Shown: piece after piece, positions 29,536 through 39,088 of the stretch
Position numbering within the stretch: the first letter of the stretch is position 1
Layout: the number at the start of each line of letters is the position of its first letter
Assembly (NCBI GenBank): GCA_963696395.1
Contig: CAVOJZ010000002.1
Coordinates: 213,060-277,059 of the forward strand
DNA: 64,000 nucleotides
Direction: 5' to 3'
Source of the DNA: an uncultured bacterium
Lineage (GTDB): Bacteria; Patescibacteriota; Minisyncoccia; UBA6257; 2-01-FULL-56-20
The notes under the pieces: generated by a model
The model's input: only the letters and a program-made list of their open reading frames with translations
Databases searched by the model: none
Told to the model about the DNA's origin: nothing
Translations under genes and position numbers: made by a program

Positions 29536-30531
29536 ATGCTTATAGGAAAAGCCTCTCCGGAGGATATGAACCTCCATCCAATTCAATATCAGTGGGCGTA
29601 CGACCTCTATCAGCAGGCGGTGCGGAACACGTGGTTCCCGCATGAGATCGCCCTCAAGGAAGATCTATACGATTGGGAAAAAATGACGGACGACGAACGG
29701 CACGCTATCAAATTCCTCATGTCGTTCTTTAACCCTGCGGAGCTCATCGTGAACCGCTCGATCGCGCTCGGCATTTATCCGTATCTCAAATCCCCCGAAT
29801 GTCATCTCTATCTTGCAAAGCAGATGTGGGAGGAGGCAAACCACTGTGTGGCCTTCGAATATGTTTTGGAAACGTTCCCACTCGACCGCGCGAATGTTTT
29901 TAATCTTCACCTTGAAACGCCGTCAATGAAAGCCAAGGAGGCGTACATCAACCGATACCTCCGCCGCATGACGGAAGACTCGCTCGACGTGACGACGACC
30001 GGGGGCAAAAAAGATTTCATCCGAAACCTCGTGGCGACCAATCTCGTCATGGAAGGCATCTGGTTCTACAGCGGCTTCATGGTGGTGCTCTCGTTCCGCC
30101 AGCGCAACCAGCTCCGCAACTTCGCTTCAATGATCAACTGGGTGATCCGCGACGAATCGCTCCACCTTAAATTCGGCATGAGTCTCATCCAGAATGTCCT
30201 CGAGGAAAATCCGGAACTGCTCACCAAAGAATTTGCCGACGAAATCAAGAACATCGTCATCGAAGGCGTTGACCTTGAAACGGCGTACAACAAAGACCTC
30301 TTCCCGCGCGGCATTCTCGGATTGAATGCCGACTATGTTAACCAATACGTGCAATATGTTGCCGACCGGCGGCTCGAAGAACTTGGCATGAAAGCGCACT
30401 ATGGCGCAAAAAATCCAGCCAAATGGATGGCTGGCGCGACTGACGTGTACGAGCTCGTCAATTTCTTTGAAGCGCAAAATACGAGCTACGAAGTGGACTC
30501 ACACGCGGTGGATAAGAAAAAAGCCGAATAG
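29536..30531 (+). CDS. nrdB: Class I ribonucleotide reductase beta subunit (di-iron/tyrosyl radical)
   Basis: EEANHCVAFEY and NLVMEGIWFYSGF ferritin-like motifs. Start is uncertain; the track uses TTG at 29497 and the ATG at 29536 is chosen here. Confidence 0.8.
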   Translation: MLIGKASPEDMNLHPIQYQWAYDLYQQAVRNTWFPHEIALKEDLYDWEKMTDDERHAIKFLMSFFNPAELIVNRSIALGIYPYLKSPECHLYLAKQMWEEANHCVAFEYVLETFPLDRANVFNLHLETPSMKAKEAYINRYLRRMTEDSLDVTTTGGKKDFIRNLVATNLVMEGIWFYSGFMVVLSFRQRNQLRNFASMINWVIRDESLHLKFGMSLIQNVLEENPELLTKEFADEIKNIVIEGVDLETAYNKDLFPRGILGLNADYVNQYVQYVADRRLEELGMKAHYGAKNPAKWMAGATDVYELVNFFEAQNTSYEVDSHAVDKKKAE

Positions 30532-30548
30532 CTGATAGAATAGTAGGG

Positions 30549-31211
30549 ATGTCCCTTAGAAAAATTTTGCTCGTTATTGTCGTTATAGATTTCGTACTCG
30601 CCACGATCGCCTATTTCGTCGTCTTCTATAACACGCCGGGCACATACGAAGTTGCAACGTCTCCTCTGCCAACCACGAGCACCTCATATCCAACGTCATC
30701 CCTCGCGCTTGCCACGACAACCGTTTCCTCCACCACGGAAAGTTCCACGATCCCGATCAGCACATCAACCGTCACCGGCGGAACGCCCGTCGGCAATCCG
30801 TCGCAATCGATTTATGCTTCCGATTATGCCATCCCCTATCCTCTCTCATGGGCGGAAAGCGACGCAAGCATTTCGATCATGGGCGCCACATTGCAGGGAA
30901 ATCAATTGACGTTGAATCTTGCAATCGCCATGGGCAACATCGCACAATGCATCCCGCTCAATATCCGCATGCTCCAGGATGAACAGGGCGACCTTGCCGC
31001 GCCCATCACGCCGCAATTCACATTTCCGGAAAGCGGCGCCTGCACCGGCGCACCCGGGGCGACGTATACCGACCAGCAGGTTGTCTTTACGGTTGACCCG
31101 ACAATGTTTCCGCTCTTCCTGACGACTGGCGGTGCTTCAAATATTTTCTTCCAAATCGCAACCACGACGGCGGGCGGGCTCACGGTGAATGTACCGCAAA
31201 AGAGCGGGTAG
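30549..31211 (+). CDS. Hypothetical membrane-anchored Ser/Thr-rich secreted protein
   Basis: N-terminal TM helix and Thr/Ser-rich linker. Confidence 0.45.
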   Translation: MSLRKILLVIVVIDFVLATIAYFVVFYNTPGTYEVATSPLPTTSTSYPTSSLALATTTVSSTTESSTIPISTSTVTGGTPVGNPSQSIYASDYAIPYPLSWAESDASISIMGATLQGNQLTLNLAIAMGNIAQCIPLNIRMLQDEQGDLAAPITPQFTFPESGACTGAPGATYTDQQVVFTVDPTMFPLFLTTGGASNIFFQIATTTAGGLTVNVPQKSG

Positions 31212-31276
31212 GCAACCGGCACGAGGTCGCTTGAAATACTTCCTCCTTTTGCTACACTAGTAATCGTTAGCAATAT

Positions 31277-31552
31277 TCCGCGGTAGCTCAATGGTAGAGC
31301 AAATCCCTGTCAGAAGGCAGCTCGCACGGGAAACGGTGCGATGAAACATCTTGGGATAACGGTGAAGGCTAAACCGAAAGGCATGCGAACACCGTGGGAA
31401 CCTCTCGGTAGCGAGGGGGCTCCGTAGAGACTAGATACCGAGATGCCTAAAGTCCGTTTCGACGGATCATGGCAATGATATAGTCCACGCCTTTTGGAAA
31501 CACTAGGAAGCGTGTAAGGATAAGGTTCCAGGTTCGAGTCCTGGCCGCGGAG
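31277..31552 (+). tRNA. tRNA-Asn (anticodon GUU) interrupted by a group I intron in the anticodon loop; exons 31277-31310 and 31515-31552
   Basis: Exons give acceptor TCCGCGG/CCGCGGA, D-arm GCTCAATGGTAGAGC, anticodon stem AATCC/GGATA, loop CTGT|TAA, T-arm CCAGGTTCGAGTCCTGG, discriminator G. U1-A72 and G73 fit Asn. Confidence 0.75.
31311..31514 (+). ncRNA. Group I self-splicing intron (204 nt, ORF-less) inside the tRNA-Asn gene
   Basis: Group I R element TAGAGACTAGA (31425-31435), S element GATATAGTCC (31477-31486) forming P7 GACTA/TAGTC, GGGAAA P4-like segment, 5' exon ends in U, terminal omega-G at 31514, 4-bp P1 CUGU/GCAG possible. Confidence 0.75.
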
Positions 31553-31679
31553 CACTCAGTAAAAGTATCGGACAGACCGAGAGGTGTCGATTTTTGCTAT
31601 ATTTTTTGGTGCCAAAAATTCGAGTCCTATTCCCAATGCATTTAGGACACCGAACCAGATACAGGATATAATGTTCCAT

Positions 31680-32429
31680 ATGTCCGCCACATCCGTCTTG
31701 GAGGTAAGGGATCTGAGAAAATCATACGGTAAAAATCTCGCCGTTAAGGGAATTTCCTTTGCGGTGAAACAGAATGAGATTGTGGGGCTTCTTGGTCCAA
31801 ACGGAGCTGGAAAGACGACTACCATCGACATGATCCTCGGCGTTCTCGAACCGACCAGCGGAACGATAACTATCGAAGGAAACGACGTCGCTCGAAAAAA
31901 AAGCGAGGCTCTTGCCGTAACAAACTTTGCCGCGGTATATGCCCAACTTCCAGGAAATCACACGGTTTATGAGAATCTCAATATTTTCGGACTTCTCTAT
32001 GGCGTGCCGAACCGCAAACAGCGAATCAATGAAGTCATTAAAGAATTCGAACTTGAATCATTTAGAAATACGCGCTGCGGCGTGTTGTCGTCGGGAGAGC
32101 AAACGCGGGTCAGCCTCGCTAAAGCAACGATAAACAACCCTCACTTACTCCTGCTTGATGAACCCACAGCATCGCTTGATCCTTCAACCGCACAAACCAT
32201 ACGCCAGAAGATTAAAGAATATGCAGCAAAAGGCATCGGCGGCGTCCTCTGGACTTCGCATAATATGCAAGAGGTCGCGGATGTTTGTAATCGTATATTG
32301 TTTCTTTCACATGGCAAAATCTTACTTGAAGGTGATCCTCGAACGCTGCCGCAAGAACACGGTAAAAAAGATCTTGAAGAACTTTTCATCTCAATCGCCC
32401 GCGAACCGCTACTTCACGAATCACTCTAA
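31680..32429 (+). CDS. ABC transporter ATP-binding protein
   Basis: Walker A GPNGAGKTT, signature LSSGEQTR, Walker B LLLLDEP; start trimmed to MSATSVLEV to clear the tRNA. Confidence 0.85.
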   Translation: MSATSVLEVRDLRKSYGKNLAVKGISFAVKQNEIVGLLGPNGAGKTTTIDMILGVLEPTSGTITIEGNDVARKKSEALAVTNFAAVYAQLPGNHTVYENLNIFGLLYGVPNRKQRINEVIKEFELESFRNTRCGVLSSGEQTRVSLAKATINNPHLLLLDEPTASLDPSTAQTIRQKIKEYAAKGIGGVLWTSHNMQEVADVCNRILFLSHGKILLEGDPRTLPQEHGKKDLEELFISIAREPLLHESL

Positions 32430-32435
32430 ACAGTT

Positions 32436-33239
32436 ATGAACACACAACGAGTTTACGCGATATTCCTTCGTCAGTGGTACCTCATCCGCGGCAACGCCAC
32501 ACGCTTCGTCCAAATGTTCATCTGGATAACCGTCGATATCGTGATGTGGGGGTTCTTGAGCAAATATCTTGGCGGCATATCCGGATCGGGATTCAATTTC
32601 ATATCGGTGCTCCTCGGAGCAATCTTGCTCTGGGATTTCCTCATTCAGATTATGCAAGGCATCACCATGTCGTTTTTTGAAGATGTATGGTCGCGCAATT
32701 TTCTCAACATTTTCGCCTCGCCAATCAAGATATCTGAGTACGTGGCAGGGTTCACGCTGGCAAGCATCTTGCGAGGCATCATCGCATTAGTTGTCATGCT
32801 CGTTCTCGCCTCGGTAATTTTCGGATTTTCAGCATTCGTCTATGGAACCTCAATTACACTATTCCTCCTTATTCTTTTTCTCTCTGGCATCGCGCTTGGC
32901 ATCGTCGCTGTGAGTATCGTGCTGCGTCTGGGTCCGGCAGCGGAATGGTTTATCTGGCCGATTCCCGCCCTACTTTCGCCGTTTGTCGGGGTACTCTATC
33001 CCCTCACGGTCTTACCGACATGGATGCAATACATTGGTCACCTGCTTCCTCCGTCTTACGTCTTTGCAGGAGTACGCGCTATCGTGAGCGGCGGGACGTT
33101 CCCAATCGCGGAATTGCTTCTTGGCATTGTCTTGGCGCTCGTTTATATCGTCCTTGCGTATTTCTTACTCCTGTCCGTGTACAAGAAGGCTATCCGCAGC
33201 GGACTGATCGCTCGATACAGTGCCGAGACGGTGAATTGA
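32436..33239 (+). CDS. ABC-2 type transporter permease
   Basis: Six TM helices, directly downstream of the ATPase. Confidence 0.75.
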   Translation: MNTQRVYAIFLRQWYLIRGNATRFVQMFIWITVDIVMWGFLSKYLGGISGSGFNFISVLLGAILLWDFLIQIMQGITMSFFEDVWSRNFLNIFASPIKISEYVAGFTLASILRGIIALVVMLVLASVIFGFSAFVYGTSITLFLLILFLSGIALGIVAVSIVLRLGPAAEWFIWPIPALLSPFVGVLYPLTVLPTWMQYIGHLLPPSYVFAGVRAIVSGGTFPIAELLLGIVLALVYIVLAYFLLLSVYKKAIRSGLIARYSAETVN

Positions 33240-33279
33240 GTCCATTCGCCCACGATTACCACCAGGGACTTCCATGACA

Positions 33280-34623
33280 TCAGGAAATTACCAGCTGCAC
33301 TATTTTATCTCTCATGGTTAATTTGCTCTTGAAGCATCCCATCAGCTCGCGCTTTTCATTTAAGCTACCTTCCTTAAGGAGGTATTTTATGTAATTTCGG
33401 AGGTTGACGTCTTTCGCTTTCGCATCCACATTCTTGGGCTCTGGCATTCCCATGACGCTGCGCTGGAATTTTTGATGACGCTCAATTTCTGCCTCAAGCT
33501 TGTGCCTGACGCTGAGCTCGTTTAGATTGATTTGATCGATAAAGGCGGCGAGTTGCCCGATGAGGTTTTCTTCGCGGACGTATTGCGTCTTGCAGTGATG
33601 ATCCCTGCTCCGGCTGCATCCGTAATAGACGTATCGTGACGTCGTGCCGTCATCCAACTTCTTATACTTTTCCTCCGCCGTAATCCCCGATCCGCATTTG
33701 CCGCAGGTGATGAGTTTTGTAAAAGCGAATTCCCTAATTTCTGAGCGTACAATTTGGTCTCGTTTCACTCGTTCCTGCGCCTTCATGAAAAGATCTCGAT
33801 TGATGAGTGGCCTGTGCTTGCCGTCGTACCAATTCCCACTCTTTTTAGGATATTCAAAGCGCCCGTAATAAAAATGGTTATCGAGGAGAAGGTAGATATT
33901 CGCTAGGGAAAGATGATGGTTGCTTTTTGTCTTGAAATTGAGCTCGAACCGAAGCCAATGGTACAATTTTCGCCCCGTCCAATTTTCGTACGCCACCTTC
34001 TCGAACATTTGTTTGACGACCGGCGCTCGTTCTTTATCGATCGTTACCTGCCCCTTCCGGTCGCTACGGTTCTCATTCAGATAACCGGTCGGCGCAACGC
34101 CCGGCCACAATCCCATCTCCACACGAGTTCGCAGTCCCCTTTTTACGTTCACTGATTTATTGTCGTTCTCAAGCTTCGCCTGACTGCACAGAATCATCAG
34201 AAGAAATTTCTCGCTCGGCGAATTCGTGAATTTCTGTCCGAACGTTTTGATCTCGACCAATAATTTTTGATCCATGAGATCCACGAGCGATCCGAGATCA
34301 CCCGCGTTGCGCGAGAGGCGATCCGGTGCCCACGTGAGAATTCCGTTAAATCGCGCTGCTTTGAGATCGCTCACGATTTCGTTAAACACCGGGCGTTGCC
34401 CGGAGTCTTTTGCCGAGTGCGACTCGCGACGGATGTCGATAATTTCCAGCCCTTCACGCTCGGCGATCTGGAGCATCTCTTTGACTTGAGAATCGATCGA
34501 AAGCACCTGCTTTTCCTCGCTCTCGGTGCTCTTACGGGCATAGAGTACGTATCTGACCTTTATTGGGGCATGGACTGCCGTTTGGACCCCCGCCCCTGCC
34601 GGTTTTAATGGTTGGTTTACCAT
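33280..34623 (-). CDS. Large serine recombinase (resolvase N-domain, recombinase domain, zinc ribbon)
   Basis: VRYVLYARKSTESEEKQ catalytic-Ser region, ...WAPDRLSRN, C-terminal CGKCGSG...YYGC zinc ribbon and coiled coil; 447 aa. Confidence 0.85.
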   Translation of the reverse strand: MVNQPLKPAGAGVQTAVHAPIKVRYVLYARKSTESEEKQVLSIDSQVKEMLQIAEREGLEIIDIRRESHSAKDSGQRPVFNEIVSDLKAARFNGILTWAPDRLSRNAGDLGSLVDLMDQKLLVEIKTFGQKFTNSPSEKFLLMILCSQAKLENDNKSVNVKRGLRTRVEMGLWPGVAPTGYLNENRSDRKGQVTIDKERAPVVKQMFEKVAYENWTGRKLYHWLRFELNFKTKSNHHLSLANIYLLLDNHFYYGRFEYPKKSGNWYDGKHRPLINRDLFMKAQERVKRDQIVRSEIREFAFTKLITCGKCGSGITAEEKYKKLDDGTTSRYVYYGCSRSRDHHCKTQYVREENLIGQLAAFIDQINLNELSVRHKLEAEIERHQKFQRSVMGMPEPKNVDAKAKDVNLRNYIKYLLKEGSLNEKRELMGCFKSKLTMRDKIVQLVIS

Positions 34624-34666
34624 ACCTCAATGGATGACACACTGGGTACTGAAGTCCAGACCTCTC

Positions 34667-34697
34667 AATAACCTATCAAAACACCCCTCTAGGGGGG
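34667..34697 (-). terminator. Rho-independent terminator of the membrane-protein gene
   Basis: ACACCCCTC-TAGG-GGGGTGT with T-run on the minus strand. Confidence 0.55.
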
Positions 34698-34724
34698 TGT
34701 TTATCCGCCGGCGGCCAGAACCCG

Positions 34725-35381
34725 CTATTGCTGAAGTGCTGGCCATACCCAAAGCGTATTCCAAAGGCCAGGCAATACCTGAAGTTCAAGCGTTGCTTTG
34801 TCAGCATTCCAATTTACTTTAGCCGCGACGTCACCATCAAGTTCCGATCGGTACGCCAGCGTATCGGTTGTATTCCCATAACGATCCATGCCAGGAAGAT
34901 AAGCTGAGACAATCACTTGCTCAATGTTGTTCACGCCGCTTGTGTAAAGCCCCTGATACAGATCCGTCGATTTCATCTTGATGCCGTCCAACGTGAGTCC
35001 GGAGGTGAGGTTTTGGCTGGCGTTGAAATCGACTGCAATATCCCACAGACCGTCAGTGCTTGTCGATGCGCTAAGATTTCTGAGATACGGTTCGCCGTCG
35101 GCATTATTTCCACTAAGCACTCCGTTAACGGTCTGCGCTATCATCTCCTGACTGGTTAGATGTTCCTGCGGCGCAGCAGTTACCGGAGTAGGCACATTCT
35201 GTGCTGGAGTGACGGCAATTCCGATCATAAACAGAATAAACCCGCCAAGGCCGAAGACCAGGATGATTTTCCTGCGCGTTTTTTCCTTAAACCAGCCCTT
35301 CTGTAATGGCTCTGGCTTGATGAGCGCACCCGCCATAAAAAGTATCGAGAAAAAGCCAAGCGTTCCCAATAATGCTCCCAT
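34725..35381 (-). CDS. Hypothetical membrane protein
   Basis: Two N-terminal TM helices then a soluble domain. Confidence 0.45.
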   Translation of the reverse strand: MGALLGTLGFFSILFMAGALIKPEPLQKGWFKEKTRRKIILVFGLGGFILFMIGIAVTPAQNVPTPVTAAPQEHLTSQEMIAQTVNGVLSGNNADGEPYLRNLSASTSTDGLWDIAVDFNASQNLTSGLTLDGIKMKSTDLYQGLYTSGVNNIEQVIVSAYLPGMDRYGNTTDTLAYRSELDGDVAAKVNWNADKATLELQVLPGLWNTLWVWPALQQ

Positions 35382-35483
35382 TAATTTGTCTGTTTTCTTT
35401 TTTCGACCTTTCGAGACAATGGATGACGCAGGGCTCTAAGGAAGTCCAGACCCTGCCAAACCAGTTCGATTTTTCATTCAGCA

Positions 35484-35502
35484 TATCATAATATCCATAA
35501 TT
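35484..35502. promoter_or_regulatory. Perfect palindrome ATATCCATAATTTGGATAT, candidate operator in the divergent intergenic region upstream of the XRE gene
   Basis: 7-bp arms with 5-bp AT spacer, 35 nt upstream of the XRE start. Confidence 0.45.
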
Positions 35503-35536
35503 TGGATATTCACTTTCCGGATATAGCGTTGAAGGT

Positions 35537-35758
35537 ATGCCGAAATCGATCCAGACCAAGGAATACGCTATCTTCGTGGAACGCCTCCGAAAAGCACGCA
35601 TCGAAGCAGGCTTCACCCAAGTGGAAGTCGCCAAAAAGATAGGGCGGCCACAGTCCCATATCTCCAATATCGAATCAGGTCAACAGCGCGTCGACGTCAT
35701 CGAACTCAAGCGTTTTGCTGCGCTCTACGGGAAGAAGATCAGCTATTTCATAAAGTAG
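35537..35758 (+). CDS. XRE-family HTH transcriptional regulator (Cro/CI-like)
   Basis: FTQVEVAKKIGRPQSHISNIESGQQ HTH_3 signature; 73 aa. Confidence 0.8.
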   Translation: MPKSIQTKEYAIFVERLRKARIEAGFTQVEVAKKIGRPQSHISNIESGQQRVDVIELKRFAALYGKKISYFIK

Positions 35759-35777
35759 CGGCCGCCCGTAGTCATCC

Positions 35778-36317
35778 TCACGATCCCTTGAAAAACTTCT
35801 CCCGTTTTTCCTGCCTCCTTAACTCTTCATCTTCCCGTATCCATTGCAGAAATAGCTCGGGGTTCGTTTTAATGAGATTCTCGGTAAACTTGCCGTCTTT
35901 CAATAGACCAAACCGCTCCAACGAAGCGATGATGTTATCAGTCTGTTCTTCGCTCAGGTGATACGTCGGCACGCTCTCTTTCTTCCTTCGTTCCCATTCT
36001 TCACGGCCTTCCGGAGGGAGCGCTTCGACAGGAACTTTCGGCAGATAGCGCACCTCATTGTTGCTGAGAAAATACTTGATGGCACCGACATTGCCTTTTT
36101 TAGCCTCCCTCACAAGCGCTAACTCCGTCATTTCAATCCATTGCTTCCTTCCGTCGATCAAGGCAAGATCAACCGCCGTCTTGAAGTCAGGATCATTCTT
36201 TATCCATCGATAGACGGTGGCACGGCCGATACCAACCTTGTGACATGCCGCACTGATAGAAGGATTCTCGGACAACAACTGTATGAATTTCGATCGTTCG
36301 TCACTGTGTCTCGCCAT
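35778..36317 (-). CDS. terS: Phage terminase small subunit (P27-like, N-terminal HTH)
   Basis: ISAACHKVGIGRATVYRWIKNDPDF HTH and GNVGAIKYFLSNN motif typical of TerS. Confidence 0.7.
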   Translation of the reverse strand: MARHSDERSKFIQLLSENPSISAACHKVGIGRATVYRWIKNDPDFKTAVDLALIDGRKQWIEMTELALVREAKKGNVGAIKYFLSNNEVRYLPKVPVEALPPEGREEWERRKKESVPTYHLSEEQTDNIIASLERFGLLKDGKFTENLIKTNPELFLQWIREDEELRRQEKREKFFKGS

Positions 36318-37647
36318 GGATCTTGCGGCGCTTTTTGCCGGTTTTCAGTTCCCAGCGACGCATGATGATTTCGGCATACACAGAACTCTTCTCCATAACG
36401 TAGCAGCGTCGACCTAAGGCAATGGAACTCATTAATGTAGATCCACTGCCCCCGAACGGTTCCAGCACCAGCTGGCCTCGTTTCGTGAGGATCTTGATAT
36501 ACGGGATCAGGATTTCGAGCGGCTTGACCCCGAAGACCACAGCTTGCCCTGACGATTTCTCATCGGCGGCGTTATAGGTTATATGATCCGTCGGACAATA
36601 TTTCTTGCCCTTACCGTACGATTCCCAATGCGGAGATCCCGAAGTCGCAAAGAGCGCTGCTTCGTATTCGTTCTGCACGAGCTGATCCTCATCCTCAAGG
36701 TTGAGGCCGGAAAACTCTTCACTCGTTCCAACGACCGCGATATCATGCTTCGAGAACAGCTTGTACCTGCCAGCATAGCCCTGATTTCTATTAGGAAGAT
36801 GCCAAATTACCAGATTGCGCACCCTCCAAAACTTCTCAATCGTATCCCACACATTCCTCAAATTCTTCCAATTTTCATAGCAGAAAATTGAAAAATCTTT
36901 TGCTTGGACTTTGCTGACGTTGGTCATCCAAAGATCAGTGAAGTTTTCTGGCAGCTCTTCGGTCTCGAGATAGCGGCGATTCCGCTTCATTCCAAAGCCA
37001 ACCGTCGCGCCATCCTTCCGCTTGCCGCCGCCCAAGTATTGAAGTTGGTACGGCGGATCGGTCATGACCATATCGGCCTTCTCGCCGTCCATGAGCGTGA
37101 GCACGTCGGTCTCTACCGTACTGTCCCCCACCATTAATTTTGAGCCGTCGAGATCGTAGACATCGCCTTTCTTGGCTTCAATCGATTCGATGTTTAATTT
37201 ATCAAGCTCCTTCTCGAGGTCGAACATTTCGGGCGTCGGGTCTTCCTCGAAAATCGTATCGAGCTCTTCGCTGTCGAAGCCGATGTCAGCAAGGAGATCC
37301 TCACTGAACTCCGCTAAGGCATCCCAGTCAAAAATTCCGGTATTTTTATTTAAGCGAATAATGAGCTCGGCCTCTTTATCTGCTGGCACGTTCACGCGAA
37401 CAATCGGAACGGTATCAACCTGCATTTCTGCCAAAGCAACGGCGCGGAAATTTCCGCCCACGATCACGCCCTCACGCCCGGGGGCGCTGTTTACAATAAG
37501 CGGGTCTACTACGCCATACCGCTTGATCGACTCTTTAAGCTGCTCCGTTGCCTCTTTCGTCCAGATGCGTGGATTCCGCTCTGGGTGCCGCAATGAGGAC
37601 AAGGCAACGTACTCGATCCTCAGTTGCGGTTTATTGTTTTCACTCAT
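36301..37647 (-). CDS. ParB-like nuclease domain fused to an N6A/N4C DNA methyltransferase (orphan, phage-type)
   Basis: N-terminal ParB/Sulfiredoxin block, DPPY motif IV (VMTDPPYQ), C-terminal FGGSGST motif I; start at MSENNKPQLRIEYV. Confidence 0.75.
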   Translation of the reverse strand: MSENNKPQLRIEYVALSSLRHPERNPRIWTKEATEQLKESIKRYGVVDPLIVNSAPGREGVIVGGNFRAVALAEMQVDTVPIVRVNVPADKEAELIIRLNKNTGIFDWDALAEFSEDLLADIGFDSEELDTIFEEDPTPEMFDLEKELDKLNIESIEAKKGDVYDLDGSKLMVGDSTVETDVLTLMDGEKADMVMTDPPYQLQYLGGGKRKDGATVGFGMKRNRRYLETEELPENFTDLWMTNVSKVQAKDFSIFCYENWKNLRNVWDTIEKFWRVRNLVIWHLPNRNQGYAGRYKLFSKHDIAVVGTSEEFSGLNLEDEDQLVQNEYEAALFATSGSPHWESYGKGKKYCPTDHITYNAADEKSSGQAVVFGVKPLEILIPYIKILTKRGQLVLEPFGGSGSTLMSSIALGRRCYVMEKSSVYAEIIMRRWELKTGKKRRKIHGETQ

Positions 37648-37991
37648 GGTGAAAATTATTAAGTTTCGGGGGCGTTTTCGACGATAACAAAAACGAGTCC
37701 GAGACAAATCTGAAACACCCCTCTTTTATGAAAGAAGTGTCTCGGACTTATCTCGGACTCGAGTCTCAGGGTTGGATACCTGAGGCTTACCGAACGGCGT
37801 GAGCCATGCAACGGACTTGGTGCTTGCCTTCAAGCACTGCTGGACAGACCAATCTCCACTGGTCTGCAACCGCCCGCTTAAATAACAAACAGCTAGGAGA
37901 TATTTCGATATTAGCAAATGGCTCCGGCGAGGGTCAAGGGATTGTGTGGATAACTTATGTATATTGTGTATTAAGCTACCCCTATTGGCTA

Positions 37992-38031
37992 TTGCAATTC
38001 CAAAAATATGAGGTATAATGGACCTCATATG
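37992..38031 (+). promoter_or_regulatory. Sigma70-like promoter TTGCAA-16-TATAAT with inverted repeat TGAGGT-ATAATGG-ACCTCA overlapping the -10, directly before the LexA-like start
   Basis: Seen in sequence; predicted TSS within 1-3 nt of the ATG at 38029 (near-leaderless). Confidence 0.45.
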
Positions 38032-38709
38032 ATAAACCGTCGCACCATCCTTACCCAGAAGCAAAAGGAAACGCTCGATTTTATTGATAAGTTCATCACT
38101 AAAACGGGGTCTGCGCCTACCATGAACGAGCTACGCACTGGCTTAGGGTTGAGTTCCCTGCGGAGCGTGTCTCAACGATTGGAGGCACTTGAGCGGAAAG
38201 GGTTCATAAAGCGAGATCGCTTTCGGCACAGGGGCATCAGCTTACTCCCCGAATATATCGACACCACTCCCTCTGGGACAATCCAAATACCGGTTATCGC
38301 TTCCGCGGGTGCCGATGCCATGCAGGTATACGCACAGGAGCAATATGACGAATACCTGACCATTGATAAGTCGATGATAAATCCCAAGAAAGAAATTGTT
38401 GCTATCCGGGCAATCGGATCGAGCATGGTGGATGCCAACATTCGGAGCGGCGATTACGTTCTGGTGGAAGTTGGAGGCAACGTTGAGAATTGCGACCGAG
38501 TTATAGCTATACTCGGCGACATGGCGGTAATCAAGAAAATTCAATTTACCGCGGATGCCGTCGTTCTTTATCCCGAAGCGAAAGGCGGATCGTATCAGCC
38601 GATTGTGATGCCGGACGACTCCAAGATCTTCGGCCGTGTTTTGCGAACCATCAGTATGAAGAATAATGATAACCAAGAAATCACGTACGACTATAAAATT
38701 TCCAACTAA
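38029..38709 (+). CDS. lexA: LexA-family repressor (wHTH plus S24 peptidase, Ser/Lys dyad)
   Basis: N-terminal LexA DNA-binding domain (LTQKQKETLDFIDKFITKTGSAPTMNEL), catalytic GSSM Ser and VIKK Lys; the track ORF starts at 38008. Confidence 0.75.
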   Translation: MINRRTILTQKQKETLDFIDKFITKTGSAPTMNELRTGLGLSSLRSVSQRLEALERKGFIKRDRFRHRGISLLPEYIDTTPSGTIQIPVIASAGADAMQVYAQEQYDEYLTIDKSMINPKKEIVAIRAIGSSMVDANIRSGDYVLVEVGGNVENCDRVIAILGDMAVIKKIQFTADAVVLYPEAKGGSYQPIVMPDDSKIFGRVLRTISMKNNDNQEITYDYKISN

Positions 38710-38737
38710 AGGTCGGCATATTGAATTTTTCAAATCA

Positions 38738-39088
38738 ATGCAAGCAGAGAAAAAAATGACGGTAAAGGAAGTTATCGCAGAAATGACTAACGACACCAAG
38801 GTAACCGTTCACTTTCCCAGTGAAATCGGCTTGGAGCTGGTCCAAGCGAACGAGTTGCGCCATTATGAACTGTTTCAATGGCTCGTCGCCTTGTTGGCAC
38901 CAATCGCGGTAGGATTTTGGACTGGTTATGCTGTTGAATCGGTGAAGTCGCAAGCACTTGTTTGGAGCGCACTGGTCTTCACGATCATCTCAATCATATT
39001 CTTCGGAATAGCCATGCACTACCGCAAAAAAATCTTTCACGGAAGCGTGGCGAAGAGTATCTTCCTGAAAGATTTCGATAGAAAGTAG
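38738..39088 (+). CDS. Hypothetical small membrane protein
   Basis: Two TM helices; start trimmed to avoid overlap with lexA. Confidence 0.35.
   Translation: MQAEKKMTVKEVIAEMTNDTKVTVHFPSEIGLELVQANELRHYELFQWLVALLAPIAVGFWTGYAVESVKSQALVWSALVFTIISIIFFGIAMHYRKKIFHGSVAKSIFLKDFDRK

Noticed and set aside
34640-35455. Direct 12-mer repeat GAAGTCCAGACC flanking the 34725-35381 membrane-protein gene, as a possible att duplication
   Set aside because: An exact 12-mer match is expected by chance many times in 64 kb, and similarity does not extend beyond about 14 nt.
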